Shown piece after piece: positions 27,043 through 36,393 of a DNA stretch of 64,000 bases. Made by a program: the position numbers and the translations under genes. This DNA is from a virus (Duplodnaviria; Caudoviricetes): positions 17,458 through 81,457 of IMG/VR virus record IMGVR_UViG_3300020172_002590, one strand, 5' to 3'. Numbering within the stretch: position 1 is the first letter of the stretch; each line of letters opens with the position of its first letter. The notes beneath the pieces were generated by a model. It did not search any database, had not been told where the DNA came from, and worked only from the letters and a program-made list of their open reading frames with translations.

Positions 27043-27368
27043 TTTAATTTTCCTTTCTTTTTGAGTTCATTTTGTTTTCTCATTTCTCTTCGTCTTTGCT
27101 CTACCATTTTTTGGGCTGGCGATTTAGGAGCTTTCTGTTTACCAGCAGATAAGTTTCTTCCCTTACCTCTGTACTTAAGCAGATCATATTTTTTACACCA
27201 GTTGTAAACTGTCTGAGGACTTGTTTTAATATTGTAATTCTTATCTAAAAGTTTCACAATATCTGTCAAGTTCATTCTTTTAGCAACATAATGCTCATAT
27301 AAAAATGTTTTATCTTTATAAGGCTCAAGGCCCATCTTTACCACCAGTTTTGTAATACCATAAAGCAA
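27039..27368 (-). CDS. HTH DNA-binding protein
   Basis: YKDKTFLYEHY...SPQTVYNWCKKY. Confidence 0.75.
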   Translation of the reverse strand: MLYGITKLVVKMGLEPYKDKTFLYEHYVAKRMNLTDIVKLLDKNYNIKTSPQTVYNWCKKYDLLKYRGKGRNLSAGKQKAPKSPAQKMVEQRRREMRKQNELKKKGKLK

Positions 27369-27906
27369 TTCCTAATGCGTCAATAATATCATCATCTTCA
27401 AGACCTGGGGTTTCATTTCCATAAGCAATTGAAACAATTTCTCTTACTCTAGTTTTTCTTTCGTTCTTCATTTTAATCTGAATAGACCCTTTGGTGCCAT
27501 TCTTTTCTAAAGAACTCTTATCTTGCTTAGTAACATTTTTGTAGCCAATAGCTGGCTTCCATTTAAGAGGATTAATATCTCTAGTTTTGATACCTGCTTG
27601 ATGGAGTATTCCCCATGTAAAACCTATTACATAAGAAATAATTCTACTTGATTGAAAGTTTTGGACATACACTGATTGCTCAATAGCAGCAACATCTGGC
27701 TTATACATATCTATAACCGAAGACATTTCTTTGTATATCTTTGCAAACTTTTCTGATTCTGTTTTCTCTTTTTTAAGATCTATTTTCCCAGTAGCAATCA
27801 CATCTTTTTCTTTTGTGACGACTGCCCATGCCAAAGAATGAGATGCTGGGTCAATGGCTATGACTTTTTGCCAGTCATTACTACCGACAATATTCTTTAA
27901 ACTCAT
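27325..27906 (-). CDS. ruvC: RuvC-like Holliday junction resolvase
   Basis: IAIDPASHSLAW...AIEQ...DDIIDALGIA. Confidence 0.85.
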   Translation of the reverse strand: MSLKNIVGSNDWQKVIAIDPASHSLAWAVVTKEKDVIATGKIDLKKEKTESEKFAKIYKEMSSVIDMYKPDVAAIEQSVYVQNFQSSRIISYVIGFTWGILHQAGIKTRDINPLKWKPAIGYKNVTKQDKSSLEKNGTKGSIQIKMKNERKTRVREIVSIAYGNETPGLEDDDIIDALGIALWYYKTGGKDGP

Positions 27907-27927
27907 CTATATATTATAGCGTATAGA

Positions 27928-28278
27928 CTAACGCTGTTCATCCCTAAGCTTCTTTTCATCCCATCCCCAACTAATTAATCTTTGTATGTATCGTTCAGTT
28001 TTACACTGCTCGCATATTTCTTCTTCATTATAGGATGAAAGAACAGTATCACAATCTTTTGTTTTACAAATTCTTTTTCGCTTTTTATTCTCTTTTTTTC
28101 TGTAGTAGTTTTCAAGCAGTTTTTTATTTGTTACAACTTTTCTACATTCTGGCGAGCAGTATATAGTGTTGTAAACTTTTGCTATAAAATCTTTTTTACA
28201 TTCCTCGTTTTGACATACTCTTTGTTCGCTATCAAACATTCCCCGACCAGCATTTATCAGCCAAAGCACACTCTGCAC
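27928..28278 (-). CDS. Zn-ribbon protein
   Basis: Several CxxxxC/CxxC pairs; start probably 28239. Confidence 0.75.
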   Translation of the reverse strand: MQSVLWLINAGRGMFDSEQRVCQNEECKKDFIAKVYNTIYCSPECRKVVTNKKLLENYYRKKENKKRKRICKTKDCDTVLSSYNEEEICEQCKTERYIQRLISWGWDEKKLRDEQR

Positions 28279-28951
28279 ATTTAGCAGAACTACGCTTATA
28301 GGGCTGAGCGGGGATTTCTCGCTTTAAGAAAGCATCGTAAATTCCCCTATATTTTTTAAATAATTTATCTATGAATGTGTCATCTCTTTCAATATAAATT
28401 GGAAGAATTTCTTGGTTATTTTTATTCTCGTAAATAACTAAACCAGATGGCAAATCAAGACAGCGCATATAAATTTGTGCTTATCTAAAATGATCGTCTT
28501 TTGGTTTGTTATATAGCTTTCTATAGTGAAAGCCTTCATTTGAGATTGATTTCAACTCTATTAGTTTATGACCATCAAGATCAATTATACCATCTGCAGT
28601 GCCCTCAATTGGGGGATCATCGTGTGTTACTGGAATTTCTTCTGCTACAAGTATGCCAATCTCTCTCAAATAACTGTAAAGTCTGTCATGGACAGCATGA
28701 CCATTATCAAAGATTCTATAAGTTTGAGGATGGAATTTAGTTGTCATTTCAGTACCCTCAAATAGATAATACCAATAACGCGCACATTGATTTGTATAAC
28801 TAGGATGGAACCCGCCAACCTTTTTCTCAGTTGGGGTATTACGCTTTTCTAGATGGGTATCAATTGTTTTTAACAACTCCCCTACAATATCGTCACCGGA
28901 TTTCTGTATCTTTTCCTGTTTTGGGAGTTTTAATGCATTTAATGATTTCAA
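28232..28951 (-). pseudogene. Cas4-like PD-(D/E)XK exonuclease interrupted by an in-frame TAA
   Basis: HPS...CAR, GTADG, ELKS in the first ORF; ...HFR*AQIYM...C..C....C continues in frame (TAA at 28481-28483). Confidence 0.75.
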
Positions 28952-29266
28952 TTAATTTCCTTTTGATGCGATTTTGAGAACATTAATGTTCTCTGCTAGA
29001 GCTTCATACATGGTTTTCCATATATCATTTACCATTTTATCTTGTTCACTCATGAGACTAGATCTTCTCTTAAAAGCCTGAGACTTAATAATCATTTGAG
29101 TTCTATATGCTGCCAAAAGGTTTGCATATTTAATAGCTTGCGCTCCAACATAGTGATTTGGGTTGTCAATAATATCTTGTACAATTGCCATACACTCAAT
29201 AAATTCTTTTGATCTTTCCCCCATGTGTTGGGCGATGAAATCAACATCTACAATAATATCAGCCAT
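28952..29266 (-). CDS. Hypothetical protein
   Basis: 104 aa ORF coupled to its neighbours. Confidence 0.8.
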   Translation of the reverse strand: MADIIVDVDFIAQHMGERSKEFIECMAIVQDIIDNPNHYVGAQAIKYANLLAAYRTQMIIKSQAFKRRSSLMSEQDKMVNDIWKTMYEALAENINVLKIASKGN

Positions 29267-30650
29267 GTGTATCTTCTCTTTCTATTAGGTTCTTCAATTG
29301 TACACCTATCCAATGCGATACAGGGCTTGCAATAGCATTTCCGCACATTTTATATCTATTGGTATCAGCAATCTTTTTGCCGTTGCTATCTAATGCTGTG
29401 TGATTATCAGGGAACCCCATCAACCTTTCGCATTCAACAGGTGTAAGTCTTCTTAAAATAAATTTCTTTTCATCTACTGGAATAGCAATGTGGTCAGCAG
29501 AGTCAACACCAGTTCTGATTGTTCTATAAGTATCTTCTGTTATTTTATTATTATAGCCATCATATGCAAGAACAGGTACTTGACCACCACCTGTCCCCAT
29601 TCTGTGCTTTAAAGTTGGAACAATCCCATCTTCATAGATTCTAATATCATCAACTCTTGTCCCATCAAGCACCATTATATGAGGCATATTATCCCCATTA
29701 TGATGTTCTGCTCTAAGAGTTGGAACTAAATCTTCACTAACTCCATAACCTTGTCTAACCATTACTCCCGGCTGAAAGACAAGGACTGTTGCTCTTGCTT
29801 CTCCAGTGTTATCAAATGCGTTAAGAGTTGGTGATACATTACCACTAATCCAAGACTCTGAATCTTCATTATTCTGCGCCCTCTTTGTCTTAACAAAAGG
29901 CTCTAAAATGAAGTTCATATCTGGTCTTTTATGGTCAGAAGAAGATAGACTTACTCCTCCTTCTTCGTATTTGCTAAATCCTGTTTTTCCATACCAGATA
30001 GGTCCATCAATGCCTGTCTCAGAGGCTCTGGGATTTGATTTCCCTTTCTTTCTCCTCTTCTTAATATCCCCATTGCTGTCTTCGGGGACAGATAATATTT
30101 TTCCATTACTTCTTCTAATGGCTGAAGAGTCCCAGCAAGCGATGACAAATACTCTTCTTCTTCGTTGGGCGACTCCGAACCATTGTGCATCCAAGATATG
30201 CCATTCAATTCCCAATGCCCCGATGTTAGCCATTTGGTTGAGGACTTCCCCGAAGTCTTCTCCTTTATTACTTGTGAGGGCACCTGGGACATTTTCCCAG
30301 ATTGCCCATTTTGGATATTGTCCATTTGTTGCATCACGCATCTCCTTAATTATTCTAATACCTTCAAAAAATAATCCTGATCTATCTCCGTCAAGACCAG
30401 AACGCTTACCTGCTACTGATAAGTCTTGGCATGGTGAGCCAAAAGAAATCAAATCAACAGGTGTTAAATCTGCGCCATTAACATCTCGTACATCTGTGTA
30501 CTTTAATGTATCAGGCCAGTTTCTTTGCAATACTTCTTGGCAATGCTTATCCCATTCAACTTGGAATTTACATTCCCAGCCAGCAGAATCAAAACCAAGA
30601 TCAAATCCACCTACTCCTGCGAATAGGCTTCCATAGGTTAAATTACTCAT
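29259..30650 (-). CDS. dcm: DNA (cytosine-5)-methyltransferase
   Basis: Motifs I FAGVGG, IV GSPCQD, VI WENV, VIII QRRRR, IX RRLTPVECERLMGFP, X GNA. Confidence 0.95.
   Translation of the reverse strand: MSNLTYGSLFAGVGGFDLGFDSAGWECKFQVEWDKHCQEVLQRNWPDTLKYTDVRDVNGADLTPVDLISFGSPCQDLSVAGKRSGLDGDRSGLFFEGIRIIKEMRDATNGQYPKWAIWENVPGALTSNKGEDFGEVLNQMANIGALGIEWHILDAQWFGVAQRRRRVFVIACWDSSAIRRSNGKILSVPEDSNGDIKKRRKKGKSNPRASETGIDGPIWYGKTGFSKYEEGGVSLSSSDHKRPDMNFILEPFVKTKRAQNNEDSESWISGNVSPTLNAFDNTGEARATVLVFQPGVMVRQGYGVSEDLVPTLRAEHHNGDNMPHIMVLDGTRVDDIRIYEDGIVPTLKHRMGTGGGQVPVLAYDGYNNKITEDTYRTIRTGVDSADHIAIPVDEKKFILRRLTPVECERLMGFPDNHTALDSNGKKIADTNRYKMCGNAIASPVSHWIGVQLKNLIEREDTHG
29951..30337 (-). CDS. Nested +1-frame ORF resembling the M.EcoHK31I beta polypeptide
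   Basis: SxKWxTSG...SESP...SSL...KYYLSPK...ILRR.ERKG..IPEPLRQAL pattern. Confidence 0.65.
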   Translation of the reverse strand: MMQQMDNIQNGQSGKMSQVPSQVIKEKTSGKSSTKWLTSGHWELNGISWMHNGSESPNEEEEYLSSLAGTLQPLEEVMEKYYLSPKTAMGILRRGERKGNQIPEPLRQALMDLSGMEKQDLANTKKEE

Positions 30651-31045
30651 CTTTTTCCTTTAAATACTACTATAACTGATGGGAACGGTGCATTATACAC
30701 TGCTCCTTGAAATCTCAGTCTACCTTTGATAAATCTAATTTCATCGGCTTCCATTACATATGTATGCCACCATTTGGTGTCTGTACGGCTCGGTATCAAA
30801 AATACAGATGTTTTTCCTTTCATCTGCTCTTGAACAGCTTTTTCTAACCACTTGGTAATAATATTGCCATAAGGAGGGTTAACAAAATTACATTTACCCC
30901 ATTCAATTTCCAAACCATCAAACTGAGGGCTAGGAGGACAGGGATCAAAGTCAAAGTTAAATTCTTCATTAAGTTTTTCATAAAATGCCTTTGGTGTTTT
31001 CCAATTATCTCTATTGGCTGTGAAGTGGACTTTGCTTTTATTCAT
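30647..31045 (-). CDS. Phage DNA N6-adenine methyltransferase (Dam-like)
   Basis: WKTP...FDFDPC...FVNPPY...LIPSRTDTKWW...RFIKGRLRF. Confidence 0.92.
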   Translation of the reverse strand: MNKSKVHFTANRDNWKTPKAFYEKLNEEFNFDFDPCPPSPQFDGLEIEWGKCNFVNPPYGNIITKWLEKAVQEQMKGKTSVFLIPSRTDTKWWHTYVMEADEIRFIKGRLRFQGAVYNAPFPSVIVVFKGKR

Positions 31046-31730
31046 CAAATTTTCTCCAGTTATAAACAGGCTGTAGACCGAGTGGTTTATTAATTTTATC
31101 TTTATATGTAAGAATAATATCGGAAGCAATACATATTCTTTTTTTATTTAAATCGTAAAATGATTTAACAGGCTCTTCAGGAGTATTTAGAATCTTACCA
31201 TCACCAAAAGTGTCATGAGGGATCCTTGAAGAGAAAACAACAACTTGACCTTGGTATGTGTTTATACTATATGTTCTGGAATTAAACTCATTATAGCCAG
31301 AATTGTTATAATCGTATAAACCAGGAAAAGCTTGTCTTTCCTTATCGAAATAATGCAATCTTAAAAATTGCCCCATATCATCGGGTGTATTTGCATAATA
31401 CACAATTGATATGTGTGCATCACCATGACTATGCAATGGTGTTGTACTTTCACCAAGAATATTAAACCAAGATTTAACAAAATTTATATCAAAATTATCA
31501 GCAATGTTTAATGCTTGTAAATATTTTTTAATGGATTTACTTAAGAAGCAGTATAAATCTTTATACCTAACATCTAAATGTATGTCCAAATTGTTTGTTG
31601 ATTCATTAGAATATCCATTATAAAAATGGTCTTCCCAACTCTTAGATAGTATTTCTAAAAATTTTTTATTATCTTCATAGTAATCTTCAAAGATTAATGT
31701 TGGGAAAGCATAATGAACAGTTTCATTCAT
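31038..31730 (-). CDS. 2OG-Fe(II) oxygenase (TIGR02466-like)
   Basis: SWFN...PLHSH...ISIVYY...VVFSSRIPH...RICIASD. Confidence 0.8.
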   Translation of the reverse strand: MNETVHYAFPTLIFEDYYEDNKKFLEILSKSWEDHFYNGYSNESTNNLDIHLDVRYKDLYCFLSKSIKKYLQALNIADNFDINFVKSWFNILGESTTPLHSHGDAHISIVYYANTPDDMGQFLRLHYFDKERQAFPGLYDYNNSGYNEFNSRTYSINTYQGQVVVFSSRIPHDTFGDGKILNTPEEPVKSFYDLNKKRICIASDIILTYKDKINKPLGLQPVYNWRKFDE

Positions 31731-32034
31731 AATCGCTATCCTTGATCAACTCTTTAAACACATGCCATTCAATAATAGCAACCTTAACATCAGAATCCTC
31801 TCCAAGCACAACAGAAATACATGGGTATTTATGATTGGATTTCCATGCATCCTTACGCATTTTAATCCAAGCAGTTCTTGTTAATGTAAAAGATGCCCCA
31901 TTGTGTTTATAATCTAATAAAAACTCATGGAACTCTGCATCACCCTTCTTGAATCCTCTACCTGAATTCTTCACAGCCTTTGCTTTATCCTTTTTGATTT
32001 CTTCTTTTTCAGTTCTTTTCATAGTAGCGCCCAT
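31723..32034 (-). CDS. PD-(D/E)XK Holliday junction resolvase-like protein
   Basis: NSGRG..KGDA...LDYK motif. Confidence 0.7.
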   Translation of the reverse strand: MGATMKRTEKEEIKKDKAKAVKNSGRGFKKGDAEFHEFLLDYKHNGASFTLTRTAWIKMRKDAWKSNHKYPCISVVLGEDSDVKVAIIEWHVFKELIKDSDYE

Positions 32035-32468
32035 ACATAACTTGGCTCATCAACTGGTCTTTCTGTAACATCGTCAAACTTATCACAATACCAATCCCAG
32101 TGTTTCCATGCTAACTTCAAGCGGTGTGATCGGTGAATGTCTTCACGACCAAACCAATATGGCATTACTAGCTTATCATAATTTATGACTTCAAGCTTCA
32201 TTGTATTGTTATAACCACGATTAATCCATTGCTCAACTGATTCATTAAAGTAAAGTTTCAATGCTTCTTCGTAACCTCTCCACATTCTTGTAACAACATG
32301 GTTTTCCCAGCCATAATAAAATGTCCCATCCTTTTTCATCTTCGGCTGAACTCTTTTCAAAAGAACATTCAAGACCTGATGTGTCTCAACACGCTGTTTC
32401 CCAAGTCTTTTATAATCAAGAACTTGTAGCGATTCTTTGAAATCTGGGTACGGTAAAAATGTTTGCAT
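32019..32468 (-). CDS. Pyrimidine-dimer DNA glycosylase / MSMEG_6728-family protein
   Basis: MQTFLPY..F......LD.KRLGKQRVE...MWRGY...HRSHR. Confidence 0.88.
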   Translation of the reverse strand: MQTFLPYPDFKESLQVLDYKRLGKQRVETHQVLNVLLKRVQPKMKKDGTFYYGWENHVVTRMWRGYEEALKLYFNESVEQWINRGYNNTMKLEVINYDKLVMPYWFGREDIHRSHRLKLAWKHWDWYCDKFDDVTERPVDEPSYVWALL

Positions 32469-32559
32469 AGATGCCTCCTATTTAGACGGTGTGCAGAATA
32501 TAGCACAATGGCAAACGGCAATAGGGGGTAACGAGGATTTTTTATTTTTTATTTTTGGG

Positions 32560-32685
32560 TTATTCCCAAAAAATATCTTCATCAAAGTCCTCTTCAACCT
32601 TCTTTATTAAAGCAATTGTGCCAACAACGAGAAGTCCAGAGGCTACTAAAAATGGTAGTGATACTAATACTAGGAGTCTTTTCAT
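32560..32685 (-). CDS. Small membrane peptide (41 aa)
   Basis: Manually translated MKRLLVLVSLPFLVASGLLVVG...; ATGA overlap with recA. Confidence 0.55.
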   Translation of the reverse strand: MKRLLVLVSLPFLVASGLLVVGTIALIKKVEEDFDEDIFWE

Positions 32686-33596
32686 CCTAATATTTTAGCA
32701 CTAATTTCCTCAATTTGCTTATCAGTAAGCTCAATCTTACCCATACCATTCCACTTCTGATCTCCGTAGAAAAACCAAGCGCCCCTGCGCTCAATGATAT
32801 TCATCTCAATTGCAATATCAAGCATTTCACGATATTTATCAATCATACCCTCTTGAGGAAGAACATAATACTGCCCATGTGTCCCAATGCTTGGGATCTG
32901 TTTTGTCTTTTCAATTGTCCATGTTACTTTTTGAGATGTAATCATATTAACTTCATCTCTTTCCATTTCCTTTGACGACATAGATAGGAACAACTTAACA
33001 ATATTATGCATATTATGATGAACCGTATTACCCATCTTTGCTTTTGTTATTGCGTACATTCCTGACAAGTCAATCGTCTGGTGAGCAACAAAGATCATCA
33101 TATTCCTCTCTTTATGGAGATAGTTTACGAGCTTCTGAAGAAGAAAGCCTTGTGAGCGAGATTGAAGACCCATTGCCTTACCACCTTCAGGCTTGTCATA
33201 AAACTCTTCCTTAATAATATTTGAAAGAGAGTCAAACAAGAAGATATGCTTCTCTTCTTCGTGAGTAAGATATGGATGGATATTCTTCAGAATGTCTTCA
33301 ACAACTGTTGATTGAATAACTACAATGTCATCAATATCAATACCACACTTAGCAGCATACTCTTCGTTAAATGAATACTCTGAGTCAACAATTACTGGTC
33401 TAAAACCCCTACTCTGTGCTTCAGCTAAAATTCTAAAACACATTGTAGATTTGCCTACTGATGGAGTACCCCAAAACAAATGTGTTGCTCCTGTATTTAG
33501 ACCTCCACCTAATGCACGATTAAGTCCAACACTAGGAGTTGGAATAACCTCATGCACTGGCATATGGTCGCCTTTTCTTTTATCTACAATTAACAT
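32682..33596 (-). CDS. recA: RecA-like recombinase
   Basis: LNRALGGG...WGTPSVGKST (Walker A), FLFDS, GAWF. Confidence 0.92.
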   Translation of the reverse strand: MLIVDKRKGDHMPVHEVIPTPSVGLNRALGGGLNTGATHLFWGTPSVGKSTMCFRILAEAQSRGFRPVIVDSEYSFNEEYAAKCGIDIDDIVVIQSTVVEDILKNIHPYLTHEEEKHIFLFDSLSNIIKEEFYDKPEGGKAMGLQSRSQGFLLQKLVNYLHKERNMMIFVAHQTIDLSGMYAITKAKMGNTVHHNMHNIVKLFLSMSSKEMERDEVNMITSQKVTWTIEKTKQIPSIGTHGQYYVLPQEGMIDKYREMLDIAIEMNIIERRGAWFFYGDQKWNGMGKIELTDKQIEEISAKILG

Positions 33597-33643
33597 TTAC
33601 TCTTCTTTCTACTATAGATTTATGCAATAATAACACATGGGAG

Positions 33644-34681
33644 CTACAGAGTTCCCATCCAGTTATAAACTTTTTCCGCATCGTATGCGAAATCAACATT
33701 ATTTTTAAATGTTTCATATGCCTTAATTGACATTGAATTCAATAACTCTTCATCAGATAAAATTTTTCTAACTTTATGAGCAGCATCTTCAATTGAAATG
33801 CCATCAAGATTTATACTGCTTTCATCATTGAATAACTCTTGACCTAAACAATTGTCATACATAGAGTTACGAATAATTACTGGTTTACCACACGCGTAAG
33901 CATTGTATAGAATATGACCGTATCCATCTCCACCGTCTTTTACATGAAAGATCATACTATTACGATTCATAGAATCCGCTAATAGGCTTGCGCCAGCAAT
34001 ACTTCCATCTCTGCATTGACCACCGTAGCTATTAAATTTAACTTCATTGACTAAAAGATTTTCCAAATTAGTAAAATCTCTCCAGCCTTGATTCATATTT
34101 TGCAATATATTAATATAGCTGTTTATACTGTTATCTGTTTTATAGTTTAATGGTTTAAAAATATCTATATCAAATTCTTGATGATAGTAAACAACATTAG
34201 AATTATCCAATAGTCCTGGTTTAACTGATGCTAATACATTCAGCCCTTGTACAATATTTGAAGACCAATTATTTCCAACTTGAACAATCAACTTAGCTTT
34301 TGGCTGGTATTGATTAATGAGTTTTTGATATAAATGTATATGCTGAGGGATAGAAGCAATAACGAAGTCGAACTCCATACTTTTAAATGCATCTAGTGTA
34401 ATAGCTTTATGAGTAGACTCATACCCAGGATCATATATATGATATATACCATTACTTTCATCATTTACGATGTTTAATGGGGCTGTATTGTCAGGAACAA
34501 AAGCAGATTGTGTATCTAAAAATTGTTTTGCAGTATCTGCATTATCATTAATTGCCCAAAAACCCTCATTAAACCATTCTAAACCAGCTGGTCTATAAAT
34601 ATCCATGCTTAGTCTATTTTCAAAAAGTAGAACCAACGAGCGTAATAAAGAATTGTGATGAAAATCAGTTAAGATATTCAT
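33644..34681 (-). CDS. GT-B fold glycosyltransferase
   Basis: FHVKDGGDGYGHILYNAYACGKPVI (GT4-like). Confidence 0.8.
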   Translation of the reverse strand: MNILTDFHHNSLLRSLVLLFENRLSMDIYRPAGLEWFNEGFWAINDNADTAKQFLDTQSAFVPDNTAPLNIVNDESNGIYHIYDPGYESTHKAITLDAFKSMEFDFVIASIPQHIHLYQKLINQYQPKAKLIVQVGNNWSSNIVQGLNVLASVKPGLLDNSNVVYYHQEFDIDIFKPLNYKTDNSINSYINILQNMNQGWRDFTNLENLLVNEVKFNSYGGQCRDGSIAGASLLADSMNRNSMIFHVKDGGDGYGHILYNAYACGKPVIIRNSMYDNCLGQELFNDESSINLDGISIEDAAHKVRKILSDEELLNSMSIKAYETFKNNVDFAYDAEKVYNWMGTL

Positions 34682-35392
34682 TTATTGCCAAGAGTAATCT
34701 TCACTTTTTGGTTTATAAAACATTGTCAATCCTCTTGGAGTCTCATAGTGGAATGGAACTAATTTCTTATTCAAAACTAAGTCGTTAAATTCTTTTGGAA
34801 TCAAACCGTATGGAGAGCCAAAACCGTGTTCTTCATTCGGAATCTGACTCATATGACGATGAAGATCGTGAATAAATAAATAACCGCCTTCTTTAAGGTT
34901 TGGATAAAATCTAACCAATTCATTAAATCGAGTTTGTGGTTCAGTATCTAGGAATATAAAATCATACTGCACATCCAACTTAAGAGTATCAACATTTGTC
35001 AAGCTAGATACAATATGATCATTAAGTTGAAGCCTATTGAACCTTTCATTAGCTATTTTATAATTATCAGGATTGAATTCATGTGTGTGTAGAACTCCAA
35101 AGCCATTATTTTTTAATGCAGAAGCAACAAATGAAGAACTAACTCCTTGATGTGTGCCTGTCTCCAGTACAAAGTCTGGTTTAATCAAGCGCATAAAACT
35201 GTACAAGAATTCTCCAACTTCACATTCCACTCCAGCATCGTTAAAAGCAGAATACTTCTTAGTGTGTTCATCACCTGCACCCCATTTGCTTTCATTGTAA
35301 ATTTCTAAAAGACCATCTAAGTCTTTTAATTGTTCTGATATTGTTTTAATTTTCATATACTTCCTTATATTGTATTTAAAAAGCTTTCCCAT
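34682..35392 (-). CDS. Class I SAM-dependent methyltransferase (Methyltransf_24-like)
   Basis: VLETGTHQGVSS...DFIFLDT...GGYLFIHD. Confidence 0.88.
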   Translation of the reverse strand: MGKLFKYNIRKYMKIKTISEQLKDLDGLLEIYNESKWGAGDEHTKKYSAFNDAGVECEVGEFLYSFMRLIKPDFVLETGTHQGVSSSFVASALKNNGFGVLHTHEFNPDNYKIANERFNRLQLNDHIVSSLTNVDTLKLDVQYDFIFLDTEPQTRFNELVRFYPNLKEGGYLFIHDLHRHMSQIPNEEHGFGSPYGLIPKEFNDLVLNKKLVPFHYETPRGLTMFYKPKSEDYSWQ

Positions 35393-36393
35393 TGCTTTAT
35401 TATTTTCTTTTTACCAAATACATCAATAGCGTAAGCTCTTTGCTTTTCGCTAATGTCTTTAGCGTAGGACTCATTATTAAGTAGCTCTTCGGTTTGGGAA
35501 ATCATTTCTTCAACACTTCCACAAACTATTCCTCCGATACTTCTTAATATTTCTTCAACTTCATAAAAGTCAAAATTATAAATAATATTTGCCATTTGAT
35601 TATTAATTGCGACAATTGGCAATCCCATCATCAAAGCTTCAATAAATGAAAGAGTGTACGAAGCAGGAGCAGTTCCACCATATGGCATAACCCTTGCCTC
35701 TTGCATTCTCTTTATCTGTGCTTCATACGGGATTGCACCACCATTATATTTACCTAAATCATCATTGCCAGGACCATATACTGTTCCATCAAATTTTTCT
35801 ATTACAGCTATTATCTCATCATAATGACAATGACTTCTTCGCCCCTTCAAAGACTGAGCAAAGTTAACAATGCTACGACCACCCCCAGTCCAGCCAGATA
35901 ACTCATCTTCATCTTTATAAAAACGAATGAGAATATCTTCACCAATGTAATTAGACAATCTTCTCTCATTTGGTGAGTATCTAATAATCTTTAAACTATC
36001 ATCACGCATTGGCTTTAAAGATGCTTCAACACCCTCTGTTGATTGACCAATCGTTCGCCAAATTACCTTTTTATGCTTAATCTTATCCCAGTTGTTGATA
36101 ATAACATCAGGTGAATGCATAATTATAATAATATCAAATGGTTCAATTAATTCATTTGGCAAATTTGTCTTAGGGAAATTAGTTGCAAAAGGAATATATT
36201 CTTCATAGTATTTAGCACCCTTAATTCCCGGTCTTGGCAAAGTGATATGGCCTTTAGGATCAATATATGACCCATTAGAAAATACTTCATGTCCTAAGTC
36301 TGTCAGTAGTTGTACCTCATCATATTCTAATATGGAATGACAACTTAAATAATGAATCTTCATTAACTTTTTACCTCTTCTAATATTTCCCAA
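35365..36393 (-). CDS. GT-B fold glycosyltransferase
   Basis: YTLSFIEALMMGLPIV; start probably 36363. Confidence 0.82.
   Translation of the reverse strand: MGNIRRGKKLMKIHYLSCHSILEYDEVQLLTDLGHEVFSNGSYIDPKGHITLPRPGIKGAKYYEEYIPFATNFPKTNLPNELIEPFDIIIIMHSPDVIINNWDKIKHKKVIWRTIGQSTEGVEASLKPMRDDSLKIIRYSPNERRLSNYIGEDILIRFYKDEDELSGWTGGGRSIVNFAQSLKGRRSHCHYDEIIAVIEKFDGTVYGPGNDDLGKYNGGAIPYEAQIKRMQEARVMPYGGTAPASYTLSFIEALMMGLPIVAINNQMANIIYNFDFYEVEEILRSIGGIVCGSVEEMISQTEELLNNESYAKDISEKQRAYAIDVFGKKKIIKQWESFLNTI

Noticed and set aside
28481-28483. Genome-wide stop-codon reassignment
   Set aside because: Only one interrupted gene was seen; long genes are intact in code 11; TAA, TAG and TGA all end genes; no suppressor tRNA found.
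29806-30636. 276-aa antisense ORF opposite dcm
   Set aside because: No motifs or RBS. It is best explained as a shadow of a region that is already constrained in two frames.
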